A stretch of 63,064 nucleotides of DNA, filler included, from Perkinsus chesapeaki ATCC PRA-425 (GCA_013115145.1; 13 parts of 13 records of this genome joined end to end with filler, not necessarily neighbours in it); one strand, 5' to 3'. Counted from the whole stretch's first letter, positions 34,037 to 47,403 are shown. Notes: a model not told the origin generated them from the sequence alone. A program made the numbers and translations.

Positions 34037-35175
34037 TTATGATATGCTCCTTAGTTCTTCAATTAGTTCCCTTTGCCTTTCATTTATCTGCGTTGGAAAT
34101 ACAACGTCGAAGTGTATGACCAAATCTCCCGTGCCTGTCCCGTCGGCCCGCGGCGCTCCCTTTCCCAAGAGCCTCTTCACGAAAGAAGGACTAACCGCCT
34201 CGTCCACGACGACTCTCGAGCGCCCACCAGAGGTCAGATCCGGCAGATCGAGAGTGATGCCCAAAAATGCTTCCCACAAGCCGACTGATTTAGTATAGTG
34301 CAGGTCCCCCGAACCTTCAGGGGACATCGTCAGACCTTCCTGGGGGCCAAAACGGACGGTCACTAATAGCGGCCCTGGCTTAGACGACTCCGCGTCACTA
34401 GCGCCCATTCCCACATAGCTCAGGACAGTGCCGTTCACTGTACCCGGCGTTACAGTCACCTTGAACAGGCGATTCTCTTCCAGAGAAATTTCCTAAGATG
34501 AACTCATAAGGCTCCGACGATCCCGAAGGAGACCAACCTTGGTTGTTCCGCGCACTGCTTCTTCCAGGCTTATTTCCAGTGTGTGTTCAACAGCTGGACC
34601 TTCTGAGTTGGCCTTCTTTTTGGCAGATTCTCCCCTCTCCCTAACAATATCTGCAAACGGCGAGACACTGCCGAAGAATGTCTCGTAAACTTCCATGGCA
34701 TCAACGCTCGTCCGAGCCCCTAAAGACCAACACTGCGCGGCCCGCCCACTTGACAGCTTCCACCTTCCACCGCTGTTCCCTGTATTCCGCACAGCAAACC
34801 TCGGTGGCCGTGGCGATCGTAGACTATGCGACGCTCAGGATCGCCGAGAACAGAGAATGCCTCGGCGGCAAGCTGGAACTGTGACAAGGCATGAGCTCTC
34901 ATGCCTGATGGGTATCGTTCCTTGGTGAGATAGGCTGCCGATCTACCTTCAGCGGCTCGGTCAGGATGCCACTTGATTGCGGTTAGACGATAACCGTTAC
35001 GAATCTCACCTAAAGCGAGGTAGGTGATGATGACTCTAAGTCACCTACTCAAGGAAGCTGATCGGTCCAGACCCAAGACGGTGTAGTAGTCTTGAAGCTT
35101 CAGGCTTCTGGTGCCGAAGGGGACATCACCAAAGGCACCAGATAGTTCCGTTGAGAAGACGCCGCCACTCTCCAT
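34037..35175 (-). CDS. DnaJ/Hsp40 type II (DNAJB-like), multi-exon
   Basis: QDYYTVLGLDRSAS|EIRNGYRLTAIKWHPDR (HPD motif), FQLAAEAFSVLGDPERRIVYDRHG, HTLEISLEEAVRGTTK, GDLHY..LWEAFLG..GKGAP..GDLVIHFDVVFP. ATG at 35175. Confidence 0.9.
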
Positions 35176-35928
35176 GCGGGAGACCAGGACAGGCCAACTA
35201 AAAATGTTCCGGGAGGGCTAATCCATAGCTGTGTCTCAGAGAACCAACTCAAGAGGGTTATTCAATGAACCGTTTGTGACATGTGACAGATTAGGTAATA
35301 GATTTTGATCTCTCGGCTTAGAACCTCTCTATTGTTAAATATCATTAAGTCACGGAGATAGTACAAGGTAATCGAGAAAGTGAGACCGAAAATGAGACGA
35401 AGTCCAGCGGCGCAAGTTCGCGCAGCGGAAAGATCCTCACTGAGACCAGCACAGAGAACGATCAGAGATCAGTTAGAGCCAGAGACCTGGCGTCATTCAA
35501 CAGCGGGAGTTCCACCATCAAATGGCTCGTGCTCGGTTGCTCAACAGTAGTTAAGAAATGATGATGATGCACGCGTGTTCCGCGATAAAAGCGCGAGCCC
35601 GTCTAATCGATTTATGAAGCCGATGATGCAATCTATGCAACACTTTCCAGGGCTTAGACGCCGAAGGTCCTTTAAGAATCATGAAGAGTCTGAACTCGCA
35701 ATGGACTGATAAGGAGGACATATCGATCGGACCCTATCCGTACAGCGTCCCGTCTCTTGACAAGTTTCCTTGCGCCTATCAGATCCATCAGATCTCTGTT
35801 GATCAGTAGTGTCACCATCACTGATTACNNNNNNNNNNNNNNNNNNNNNNNNNNNNNNNNNNNNNNNNNNNNTTAATTAATTAANNNNNNNNNNNNNNNN
35901 NNNNNNNNNNNNNNNNNNNNNNNNNNNN

Positions 35929-36001
35929 GCCGAGTGGTCTAAGGCGCCAGACTCAAGTTCTGGTGGAGAGATCCTCGTGGGTTCGAATCCCACAGCTGAC
36001 A
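35929..36001 (+). tRNA. tRNA-Leu(CAA), first ~9 nt lost in the linker
   Basis: GCCGAGTGGTCTAAGGCG CCAGA CT CAA GT TCTGG, long variable arm, GTGGG TTCGAAT CCCAC AGCTGAC A. Anticodon at 35954-35956. Confidence 0.93.
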
Positions 36002-36049
36002 AGGCTACTCCATCTGCATAATAACGATATTATCAGTATTGGGCGAATA

Positions 36050-39000
36050 CTACTCGCAGTGTTGTACAATTGAAATTGGGCAACATACTACAGATTTAAC
36101 TGATGAAATCGCCTTGGTTTGCTTGGACTCTAGTTCAAGAGCCTGTTGAAAACACCTTATGGTGATAACACAAATCTTCCGAAAAACAAAGAAAGCTTTA
36201 AACGTCACTCCCTCATGGGTCAATAAACCGGTCCAGAATGGGTGAAGGACCAAACAAAAATAGGACTCAGCATTGCTGGCCCGTCCTCTACAATTAGACT
36301 CTCCTTTGACCGTATGTGTAAGGCATCGGAGCCAGTGCCACTCAGGGGTACATTACGAAGATACTAATACGGTTTGAGTCATACCACCGCGGTACCAGTG
36401 AAGCATACTCCAGAGGCTCCCGACCACCACCTTAGCATCCTTGCCAACCCACAGTGGTTGGCCCGGGATTAACAAGAGATGGTTCACCTCGCATAAATCA
36501 TCACATTGCAGTTCAACAAACGGAGTAGCGTACTCTGCTTCAATGTATCCCTCATCTACGGTGATATGCCCTGCTGCGAACCTCGTTATTTTGGATATCG
36601 GGAAGTCAGCCATGGTTCCAAGAATGAGATAGTTCTGGCTACTGGATAGCGCCACGCACTCCCCAAGCTTGCACAGGGCAGCCAAATCAATGCAGCGTTG
36701 TTCACGAGGCTCCAGATGCCATGACAAGTTTGCGGGCTTCTGAGTGAGCAAGTTGAACACGGTCACTTCGTGTTTCCCATCAAAGGCTTCGGCACAGAAC
36801 TGCACACCATCAACGGAATAATTCAGGAAGAGTGTGGGCTCGCTGAGGTTATAGAACGTGCGCGCCATGTTCATAGCAATTTTCGGACGCCCCGAATACT
36901 CGAGTGTCGACCAGCTTACCGTCGGCCAGATATCGTTCGCCTGCCAGTATCTAACGAAATCTATTATCGCCTGGTGATCATTTTGTAGCTCACAAAAGCC
37001 CCATGTTGTAGGGTTGAAGCCGACGACAGTGCTCCACGATAAGCTTCATCCACATGCCCTGAACAACTTGCGATAGAAACGCCTCGGCGGCCCTTAACTT
37101 CAATGACGCTACCCCTGACAAAGTCACCATCACATACAGCGAAAGTAGCAACAGCATCACCCACCTTCACCGTGCTGTTTACCAAACAAATACTCAACGT
37201 GGTCTTGTAAATGGAGGTTTCCACCGTCCAAATGTTGACGATGTAGTGGCCAGCTGCCTGACTGGTTCAGTCAAAACTCTCCAGTTGGGCGCATTACCCG
37301 GATGGCTGGTGAAAAGACTATCCTCCAGCATCACGTCATCTGCTACACTCTTCAGTTGGCCCAAACTAGACCACGACTGAAATCCGAACTCGCTGAGGAA
37401 TCGTGGCTCGGGGAGGACAGTCAAGTTGAAGATGTTAGGATGGGTGTAGTCGTAGAAGTGCATCTGATAGAAGCCCCCCTCCATGTTCGTCTATCTATAC
37501 GCTAATTACATCCCCTTTTGCCTCATCGTTAGGATTTTCAGCGATAGGATGTTCCCGAGTCTCATCGCCGTTCCAGGGGCTACTCGGAATGGCTGGCAGC
37601 CACGGCATGAGCTCTCGAGATGTGTTCAATATCGTATCGAAGAACAGCGATCGGTAGCTCTCTATGTACCTTATGAAGCATCCATCTAGTGAACTGATAT
37701 AGACAGGTAAAAGCCGGCCAATACTGCCACCGCTGTTGCGCTCTTTACCGCGGCCCATTAGCAAACACTACCAATGATAGTGGAGCATCGCTATAACTAA
37801 GGTTTCGAGTATTATAATCAGCACTCGAGCCGTGGATACAACAGTGATACTTCGCGTGTCTAAAGTTTTGTAAGATCAAGATAAAGATATCATCAATTAG
37901 CCTCCCTGCTCACGCTTCGTATTTGGTAAGTTCTTTTACCCACGCATATAATGCCTCAACTTCATTGCTGCCCCCGAGGATTGCCAGGGACGGATGGTGT
38001 CCACTGAATTATAGAAGGTCATCCAATAATCGACATACACCACCATAGCAAAGCAATCAACTAGTACAGGAGAATTGGTCTTACACCCGGATCAGGTTCT
38101 GAGTTATCTCGGCTATAACAGAGTCCAAGTATCCTGGGGTGGAGGTTGGATACACACCACCAGCGAACATGGCCTCCTCCCATACTAGGAAGCCAAATCT
38201 GATCATCACAGCAATCGTCCGAAATCATGGACACGGGAATGACGAGATGCTCAGACTGGCTCGGAAGCCCCCGTTGGATTCGCTATGCCCTAAATCCTGG
38301 GCGGAACACGTTCAACTGGTAAGGTTACTCACTCGTCAGCTAGGTCATAGAACAAGTCTGATCCATACACTCCTCCTCCCCACACCCGCAGCATGTTGAA
38401 ATGCGCTTTTTGATATCTAAACGAGTGGCAGCACTACGGTACAGACGACCAACTCAGTTTTACTGCTGGAAATGGGTCCGTAGTCTGCCCTCGTCTATCC
38501 TAGATTCAAATGCATCGGCAGGAATCCAATTAGCTCCTCTAATATAAATAGGTACACCGTTAACTTTGAAATAGAAAGATCGGCCGCCACCCGAGCTGAC
38601 TGAGAGAGACAAGCTTTTATGCTCCTGCTCGTCTACAGGCCTGTCTACCTCGACCATCGGGGTCGTCATCAATCACTAGCTCAATTGTTTTAAACCCTAC
38701 CGTGAATCGCCGAGCATTCTCCTCACGGCCGATCCCACCAAGCCAGGCCGACACAGAGAGTGTGTAACTAAAGCCGCAGGTGAGTTTCCTGACAAGCGGT
38801 TAACCGCCGCCCACCGATTCTGCTGACCGTAGCCATTAGGCCACCACATATCCACTGGCCCAGCAACCTCAAAGCTCAATCCACTCCCCGACACCGGCAT
38901 CAATTCCTCTATGCTCACATTGCTCCACTCTCCCTTATACACCGGCATCTGATCATTTCTTTACCACAAACTTGGGGTTCACTGCTCAAACCCCTACTTG

Positions 39001-40237
39001 CGATTTATCCAGTAATGTAATCCTTACACTCACTTTATCATCATGGCCCACTGGGAGGATAAACGACATCTTCACATTAGCCCGCCAGCCTCCGCTTCCC
39101 CGCTCACCAACCGGCGGCGCCGTCGTCGTCCATAAGAGATCCCTATTGATCATCATTTAAGGTCAAGAGTTTCATTGTCCCTTTGTACTCAATAACGAGT
39201 GGTCTTCTACCCTTTCCCGGAGTATGAGTAACCAGAAGGATATCCTTCCATATCCCACCAGTGGCAAGGCCCGGTCCCCAATCCCACCCGAATGAGCAAG
39301 GCTCTTTTCGTATCTGGCCGGGGCTCTAATCTGCAAATCCCCCCGAAACTCCGACGCAGGAAATTTCAGCGTCTCATCGATTCCTCAGTTTAATCTGTTT
39401 ATCGATACTGAACCCATGTCCACTGATTTGTAGCCCCTTGAAACGGACGAGAGCAACCGTACACGGTTTTCTCACCATTTGGACTCTATCGAACGCCTGC
39501 CATGATGGCGGTAAGTTCTTCGGTGGCACCCCTAGTGGCCAGTCCGAAGCGTGCTCCGTTTCGTATTTCCTAGCTCTTTCCTCAGCCTCCACTGTAGCGC
39601 TCTTCAACAATACTTTAATCTGACAGCCCCGTACTCAACTGCTGCCTGCCTGGAAAACCCACCTTATTTCGGTCCTGGCAAGAGAAGCCGCCCGGACCAA
39701 TAGATATGTTGAATGCTCTGTACATATTATCAGAGATCAAAAGGGTACGGTTGTTCAGTTCAACTTCAGCAAAGGTGTCGAGGCCGAGGAAGATCAACGT
39801 TATTGGTGAAGATATCTACCAAAAGGTTGGCATAGAACAATGGTCCTAGTGTACCATTTGGGCATCGCAGGCTCCTTTTGGTAGGCGGAAATAGGCCTCA
39901 TAGAGCCACGCTGACTCTGCAACATACCGCAATCTAAGCACGCAGTCTTAACTTCATCACTAAGGGAGCTAAAGATACGTTCTATCGTTGAATCCATAAT
40001 AAGGATCTGGTATCAATCCTACACGCATGAGGTCAAGGTGGACCTAACGCACTCTGAAGATTATAGAGGCATCCTTCGGCCTACCTGGCCTGGGACAGAT
40101 GCCTTTATAGGAGTAAAAGAGGCGTTATCGGGTTGACTTAAATACCATTGTACACCAGACAAGCTTGATAGGTTCCACGTAAAGTCTCCCATAGAGATAT
40201 GGGCAGCGAATAGAGTAGCGTAGATCGCGGCCCACAT
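36050..40237 (-). CDS. MANBA-like: Secreted GH2 beta-mannosidase, multi-exon; 3' end approximate (36050-36353)
   Basis: Signal [17 protein letters not shown]. Motifs ASVPGQ|[101 protein letters not shown]. Confidence 0.92.
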
Positions 40238-40809
40238 TATAAAGTGTTAAGCTAGGATGCAATACTTCTCACGTGTCGAACGTAAGCAATACAAGTATTG
40301 AGCAAGACTAATCTTTCACTGCGGAGGTCATTTGACGTCACCGCCAAAACAAAAGTTGTAATCGTGTAACGCGCACTAGCGGAGCGATGCAGCTGAGGGA
40401 CTTGCACGCGTGCACAGAGAATTGATTCTTCAGCACAAGGAATTAATCTGTTCATACAAGATATAGATTATATCAAGAGGGATCCCTTGAAGAGACATGG
40501 ACAGCGGGCCATAACTTAGATGTAGTCGAAAAGTGTGACTGGAATGATGCAATCAGAACTTGGAGATTTTGGTATCGGGACAAGTAACGATTGAATGACA
40601 GCAGTGTGAGGTTACGGGCAAAGACTGTCCCCTGAGGCTGTGGGTTGTGAAATGGAGGCTGTCAAGCTAAAAAGATATGGCGTATCTAGCAAGGGCTAGA
40701 AGAACAAGGCTATCGGTAGACTAGGAAGCCTTTCAACCTTATTCGTATCTTCCCGAGTAGATCGTCATCTTTGGAATTGTTAGTTATTCTTAACTTTCAT
40801 AAATTTACT

Positions 40810-41862
40810 ATGGCTGGTCATATGCCCAAAATGAGTATGCCTAAGATGAGCATGCCGAATGTTCCCATGCCGCCAAAGGGAACTAGGTGGTATTGGTTCT
40901 GGATGGCAACCTATGCAGTTGGGTTTGGTCTTGTTGTTGCTGCATTGGCCGATTATGGTATCACACAAGAGTTCCCTCGATGCAACGGCTGGTCACAGTT
41001 GAAGCATCAATACGATAGCCAGAAGAAGTATGCCAAGGCTAACATGGACGACTTGGTTGATGAGTCTGGTGTTGATCTTGATGATGCTTTAGTCAGCCTT
41101 AAGCTGTCGCAGTACAGCAGTGCCTGTGGTCTTGGACAGATGTGGATCGCCTTCGGTTCAACTTTCCTGGCCTTTTCCTTCATTATGGCATGTCTTCCAA
41201 TATGCACAAGACGATTCCCTTGGGTTCGTAAGCTCTTTGGCCCACTGTTCTGGTGGATATTTGCTACTGGAAGTTTGACTTTCGCTGGTGAGGTATCTTA
41301 CTTCGCTCTCGGTGATGGTTTCACTTATAAGTACAAGTGTTTGGATACCGACAATGGTCCCAGGTGCGACTACGTCAACCACAACAATGAATTCTATCCT
41401 TCAAGCTACTGCCAGCCTCAATTCATCGGTCAGAGGCTTTGCCAGTTCTTCCCAACTCCTATTGCTGATACCGCCTTCTTCGCCATGTACGCCTTGGTAG
41501 AGTACGCTGCCACATGCACCGGTCTTACCTGTGCTGGATGCACCCTAGTTGTATGCGCTATGGGCTACCTTTGGTGGAAGGAGAACAAGGAGGCTAAGGA
41601 GGAAGCTGAACGAGAGCAAGAAGAAGCAGCCAATGAACGTGCCCCTCTAGTTGAAGGCGCTGTGGCTCCTGGTGCCAATACTCCTTCTGATGAAGCCGTT
41701 GAAGTAGCCGCTGCAGAAGAGATCACGGCTACTACGCCTGGCGGTGCTGTGACCGGTGCTGCTGCTGCAGCTGCTACAACCACTACCACCACTGTTGGCC
41801 CTAATGGTGGTGCCACAATTACTACAGTCTCCGAAGGTCCTGCTGCAACAGCTCAGCCTTAA
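40810..41862 (+). CDS. Intronless four-transmembrane protein with Cys-containing loops and an Ala/Thr-rich C-terminal tail
   Basis: 350-aa ORF from ATG at 40810 with strong T/C-ending codon bias, four hydrophobic segments and an N-terminal MPKMS repeat. Confidence 0.8.
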   Translation: MAGHMPKMSMPKMSMPNVPMPPKGTRWYWFWMATYAVGFGLVVAALADYGITQEFPRCNGWSQLKHQYDSQKKYAKANMDDLVDESGVDLDDALVSLKLSQYSSACGLGQMWIAFGSTFLAFSFIMACLPICTRRFPWVRKLFGPLFWWIFATGSLTFAGEVSYFALGDGFTYKYKCLDTDNGPRCDYVNHNNEFYPSSYCQPQFIGQRLCQFFPTPIADTAFFAMYALVEYAATCTGLTCAGCTLVVCAMGYLWWKENKEAKEEAEREQEEAANERAPLVEGAVAPGANTPSDEAVEVAAAEEITATTPGGAVTGAAAAAATTTTTTVGPNGGATITTVSEGPAATAQP

Positions 41863-42955
41863 GAAGATAGTAGCATCAATTACCCTTTTGTTGATGCAAA
41901 ATCAACGATGGCCCTTCAAAAGCATGTCTACCGCAAGCATTTTAAAGACAAGGTTGACATTTCCATTTTCGTGCCAGTAGTACCTAGTTGAAAAATATAT
42001 AATTATTTCCTGCAGATGTCGTCGTCACTATTGCCGCTTTCCTATTGTATAACCGCTGTCTAGTCACATTTCACTAGTTTGTTGTTGCTACCACTAATGT
42101 TGTGATGTCTACCGACCGAGTTATACACATATTTTGGCTTTAGTGACCATTCATTACATTCAATGTTAAGATGCTTACAGGCTTGGAAAGTTTGTTGTTG
42201 GAGTGTACGTGCTCCGTTTGCGTTCTACATTGTTATCTGTCTTCTTCTCTTGGTCCTTTCCTGCTACTACAAGGCTCGTTTTGTGTTGTTAGTTCGACGA
42301 CAATTGTCTCGGCTGGCGGTGGGTTATCTTCTACAAGTCGTGTCCTAGCAATGCTAAATTGCGTTGAGTAAAGATCCTTTATCAGAGAGCTCGAGAGGGC
42401 GGTGAGTGATCTGAGGAGAACACGCCTTCTAGAGTAGTCTTTGGCTGGCGCCAGGTCTCGTTGGTTGTGCGTGAGACGCCGCAAGGAAGTGTACGCATGA
42501 ACAGTGGGGACTGGCCTGAAGCGGGCTAAGCCTATACTTGAGAAAGGAGGCTCCCCTTCCTTTTCTCACGCTCAACCTCGCAGGTATCGAATTCCCGGGT
42601 GGGTAAAACTCAGCTCGTAGAACTCTAGGAGAGTCTAGAGCCCCGGCTCCTCCTGTTCACGCGTGCGCCTCGTTTTTGGCCTGTACGCGTGCGCAATCTT
42701 CGTGGTAGTTGGCGGTGCTCCACTATCATATAGTGTATATCGCACTGGCACGTTTAATTAGATACCACCTCTACTCGTGGCAAAACTCGCCTTTAATTGC
42801 TTGATCGGTCAAATCAGCTTCTGCTGCTGTTTCGCCTTTTGCATCTTGTGTGGCAGGCCCTCATCGGCAGTTGTGGCGAGCCACAACTCTTTCACAATGC
42901 ACGCGATATGAAGTGTTGTGGCAGTTTGGCATTTGTGGCCATCGCCAAGCTCATC

Positions 42956-44890
42956 ATGTCTCTAATGTCTAGAAGGGCTCTAGCCTGCTCTTCGCCCCCG
43001 GCAAGACTGTTGCTCCCTCGGCTTTTCTCGACATCGCCTGCTGGATCTTCCGATCCCCTCAATGAAGGCTTCTCTCATGCTGAAATATTTCAAATGCGAC
43101 AGAAGTACCTTGGACCACTTACAACTCTTTACGAGTAGGTCCGCGACCAATCGAATGATGCGTTGATGACAAGTGTTGTGTCAGCGAGCCATTGGTGATC
43201 ACTAAAGGCTTTATGCAGCATCTATTTGATGATAGTGGCCGAAAGTATCTCGGTAAGCCGAGTCAACAGAGACGGGCGGTCACGTGTGAGCTCAGATCTC
43301 ATCGGTGGTATAGTAACGGTGTCCGTTGGGCACTGCCACCCTCGCATAACAGAGGTTATACAGAGGCAATCGGCCCAGTTAGTACACATAACACCGCTCT
43401 ATGCCAACGCCCAACCAGTAGGGGACTGAATCTCCCACTCAATCCTTATTACGTTCTGTAGACACTGTACGCCAAGGAACTGGTGGAGCACCTTCCTGCG
43501 CGGCCAGATGGAAAACAATGGAAAGTTTATTTTGTTAACTCGGGGTCGGAGGCGAACGTAGGTCTCCGTTCGAGATGGAGGGCTAGATTGTTGCTCAGGA
43601 TCTCGCTACTATGCTGGCGCGGCTTTACACGGGACGTTGGCCCATTGTGGCCCTCCGCAACGGCTACCATGGAATGACTGGGGGGACTCAGGGCATCACC
43701 GCAGTTGGTAGACCACTGGAAGCTGAATGTTATCAATCCGCACTGGCAGGTTTCTACAAACACCAGGTCCCTTCTGGCTTCGGAATAGATCACTTAGCCG
43801 TCCCTAAGGTGTAGGTGCTTTAGGGCCGTCATATTTTTGCCTATTTCTCGCGCAGTTACAATACGCGCCTTGGCCCAAATGCTACTGTAGAAGATATCGT
43901 TCGATACCATCTACAAGATCTTGACGATCATCTTGATTCTTGTTTTAGCGACGGCCAGGTAACGATGGCTGCCGGAACTCTCGCGGTTGAGCAACTTACG
44001 TCACTTCTGCGCCCCCAGGTCGCCGGCTACCTATCGGAATCGACCCAGGGTGTTGGTGGAGTGGTCACCTTGCCTCCCGGGTACGTATCCCAGTTTGTGT
44101 TTCGCCGATTCCTCACCCCTGAGTATTAAGATACCTACAAGGTGTTTACGAGCGCATTCGGGCAGCAGGAGGAATATGCATCGCCGACGAAGTTCAGACC
44201 GGCTTCGGCCGAACTGGCACAAATTTTTGGGGCTTTCAAAACCATGGTAACTCACTACTGGAATAGACTGGTGAGTATTATGGAGCAGATGTCATGCCCG
44301 ATGTGGTTACTATGGCCAAGAGCATCGGCAATGGAATGCCTCTAGCAGCCGTTGTCGCTCGTGAAGATGTTATGGACGCTTTGGGGAAGAAGGCATTCTT
44401 CGTGAGTGTTCCCTTTGCATAGTAACAAGTTTCAAAGTCTTCTTCGGCCATTCAGAATACGTATGGTGGAGGCCTCGTGCAGACGGCAGTCGGACGAGAG
44501 GTTCTTCGTATCATCGACGAAGATGGGCTGATGAAGCACTCTCATGATGTTGGTGGTCACCTATTAAGTAACCTTCACCAACTAAAGGTGACCGAACAGG
44601 CTTCGACGTTATTTTTCACCTATTTCATTCAGGCCAAATATCCCTCTCTTATCGGTGATGTTCGCGGTACTGGTCTGCTTATTGGTATCGAGCATACTGG
44701 AAACCACGCGGCCTCTGGCATGAAGTTCGTTTGGAATCGGTTGAAAGACAAAGGTTTTTTAGTCGGAGGAGCCGGTCCGCACGGCACTATTATAAGGCTT
44801 GCACCGCCTATGTGCATCACAAAAGATGACATTGACCAGTTCTGTTCTGCCTTGGATGACTCCTATAGCGAAGCCATCGGCCGTCATTAA
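42956..44890 (+). CDS. AGXT2-like: Class III PLP aminotransferase, alanine-glyoxylate aminotransferase 2-like, multi-exon
   Basis: Transit-peptide-like N-terminus. Motifs [10 protein letters not shown]|[63 protein letters not shown] (PLP lysine), [27 protein letters not shown]. Confidence 0.92.
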
Positions 44891-45709
44891 CCCTACTTTT
44901 GGGTCTTGTTTGCGGGCAATGCTTTCCGTAAAATACCGCATAATCATCTAGGATACTATCGAACATTCCGTTTATTGTTCAACTAAGCTATATAGTCAAG
45001 TTTTTGCTTACGTGGTTATGAGTTGTATTATGAACAGTACGCAATACGCGAGCCACTACATCATCGCTAACTTTCACACGCAGAAAGGAACATGCGTTCC
45101 ATCTCAAGTTGTAGACTGGCCTCGTATTGCATACTCGATGCAATTCGTGCTACTTGAACAGTCAATAACTTATAACATAATACGCCCAACAGCGGATTTT
45201 GTACATGCCCATTGCACACCAACAGATCTTTGCGGCGCTGATGCTTTCGACAAGAATCAGCCGTTTAGAATGTGGTTCGTCCTGAGACGTAATGTTCTAG
45301 CAGACGATGGTTAGCCTTCAACATGCAATATACCGAATCGTTATTAACGCTTCAAGTCTAATGCAATGTAGTAGAATCCGCGACAACTCTGAGAAGCTGT
45401 AGGGAAGAGCAACTACAGTTTACCTCACTGAACTAACTGAACTCAACATTGCATCATTTTCTCGACTAAAACTACGGTTCGATGTGAATTGTCCATTTTG
45501 AATGGCAAGTTGTTGTTAACAACCGACGGATTACCGTAATGAATGAAGTTTGATATACAGGCTCTTTTATGAGCTTTACGAGCTATACTAGAGAACTAAG
45601 GAAGATACAGTTGCCATGCTGCTTGGCCCGTGCATGTCAAGTGCTCCACTAGCAATGTTTCAAAACACACAATGGTTTACTAAATCCTTCTACAGGCTTC
45701 CTCTACGCT

Positions 45710-45843
45710 CTACGGAGCTACAGTAGTTGCCGCCTGAGTGGTAGGAGCTACAGTAGTTGCCGCCTGAGTAGTAGGAGCTACAGTAGTACCAGCTTGAGTG
45801 GTAGGAGCTACAGTAGTACCAGCTTGAGTGGTAGGAGCTACAG
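45710..45843 (-). repeat. 30-bp tandem repeat (about 4.4 units) encoding a mucin-like (TVAPTTQAG/AT)n C-terminus; gene start lost in the linker
   Basis: Unit ggagctacagtagt(tgccgcc/accagct)tgagt(g/a)gta. The minus frame reads VAPTTQAGTTVAPTTQAGTTVAPTTQAATTVAPTTQAATTVAP then TAG at 45710-45712. Confidence 0.8.
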
Positions 45844-45943
45844 NNNNNNNNNNNNNNNNNNNNNNNNNNNNNNNNNNNNNNNNNNNNTTAATTAATTAAN
45901 NNNNNNNNNNNNNNNNNNNNNNNNNNNNNNNNNNNNNNNNNNN

Positions 45944-46108
45944 GCACCGAGGCTCGTATTGGGAAGAATCAAAGAAGTACACAGAGTATGCCAGCAAGAG
46001 ACCAAATATCAGCTGCCAAAAGCCAAGGCCTTTGAAAATAAAAGGCAGGAAGAACACCGCAAGAGCGAGGGCGTCTTGATCAGTACGAATGTGAAAAGGG
46101 AAACTCAT
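45944..46108 (-). CDS. DGAT2-family acyltransferase, second tandem copy, first exon only (truncated by linker)
   Basis: LFIFKGLGFWQLIFGLLLAYSVYFFDSSQYEP-type segment, nearly identical to exon 1 of 46240-47403. Confidence 0.75.
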
Positions 46109-46239
46109 ATCAACAGTAATAGCAACCTTGATTGTGGCAAGTCGAGATCGGATGGTAACTCAACACGGATAAGGCAGCCTTGGGCGTTTGAGAAACACTA
46201 ACAGGAACTAGACAAGAGGTTTCTGATGAGTTCACATCA

Positions 46240-47403
46240 TCACTGAATAACCAGCTCGCGCTTCTCGTATTCGGGATACTTGCTCCGGTTACTATAAAAC
46301 AAATCGTGGATTGCCGAGACGTATCTGAATAAACGTTGATTTCTATATATCAGAATTCGTCTAATACTTGGCATGCATGGTCTCTACGGTGTCATCCTCG
46401 TCCCACTCGATAGGCTTGCCCACAACTAATGCAAAGTCCTTCAAGTTTTTGGGGCGCAGTGACTTGGGCAGAGGCAAGCCCATGCCGAGGCTGTGTTGAA
46501 GCCACTGACGGAACGGCAGCATGAAGTCGCTGGTCTCTGAAATGAGATAACTTCAGGAAAGTCAATAGAGCGATTATAGGAATTAGGACGATGCTCGGAT
46601 CCACACACCTCCGGGAATATGCTCAGATCAGGTTATATCAGATTTCGGAACGAAATTGTCAGCTACTCGCAAAACGGCTTAGTTCTCTGAGGCGAGACTC
46701 ACCGAAGGCAATCTGTTCTCCGAAGCAATAACAAGGTACAATCGGTATCTTTCCGGCATCCCTAGCCAAATAGATAAACCCTCTTCTGGATTTACATACA
46801 ATCGTATCATGTGTTGGAGAATACGGTATCAATTGTTCTTTAGTGCCACCAAGGACAATGGACAAACTGTAGCCTTCCTTTAAAGCCTTCATACACGTTG
46901 GACGGCCAGCATCAATCACACCCATCCAGAGATACATCTCCCTCATCACAGGGAACTTAAAACAGACTGAAGCTCCCAAACCGCAGGTTTTCTGCGGTGC
47001 GTTCATGAACAGCATAGGAGGACAGTAGGACATAACACCATGAGGCTGAATCGAGTAAATGACTTGTGGGTGCTTCTTGACGCCTTCGAAATCTTCGTAG
47101 GTAAGGGAGACCTTCTGGAAATATCCACTCAGCATGCGGGCATCGGCGTTACGTATCCAATTGTAGATACGTGGGTGGTATCTGAATTGAACCTCCTGCG
47201 TATCTTGCATGGTCAACCTCAAGATATCCACTCTCTCACCTTCTGCCAGGTTCATACTGCGATGAATCGAAGAAATACACTGAGTAAGCCAGGAGAAGGC
47301 CCAACAGCAGTTGCCAAATACCCAAACCTTTCACGGCTACAGGCAATACGAAGAGGGCGAGAGCTAGTAGCGGTTGAGAGTATATAGCAATCTTTGATGT
47401 CAT
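46240..47403 (-). CDS. DGAT2-like: Diacylglycerol acyltransferase 2 (DAGAT) family, multi-exon
   Basis: YSIQPHG (HPHG-like), FKFPVMREMYLWMG, SIVLGGTKEQL, RRGFIYLA..IVPCYCFGE, LVVGKPI, YVSAIHDLF..ELVIQ*. ATG at 47403. Confidence 0.9.

Noticed and set aside
38826-38836. ACCGTAGCCAT matching the start of the Perkinsus/dinoflagellate spliced leader
   Set aside because: The match stops after 11 nt (no TGGCTCAAG), and it is the antisense of the WWPNGYGQ codons of the beta-mannosidase.
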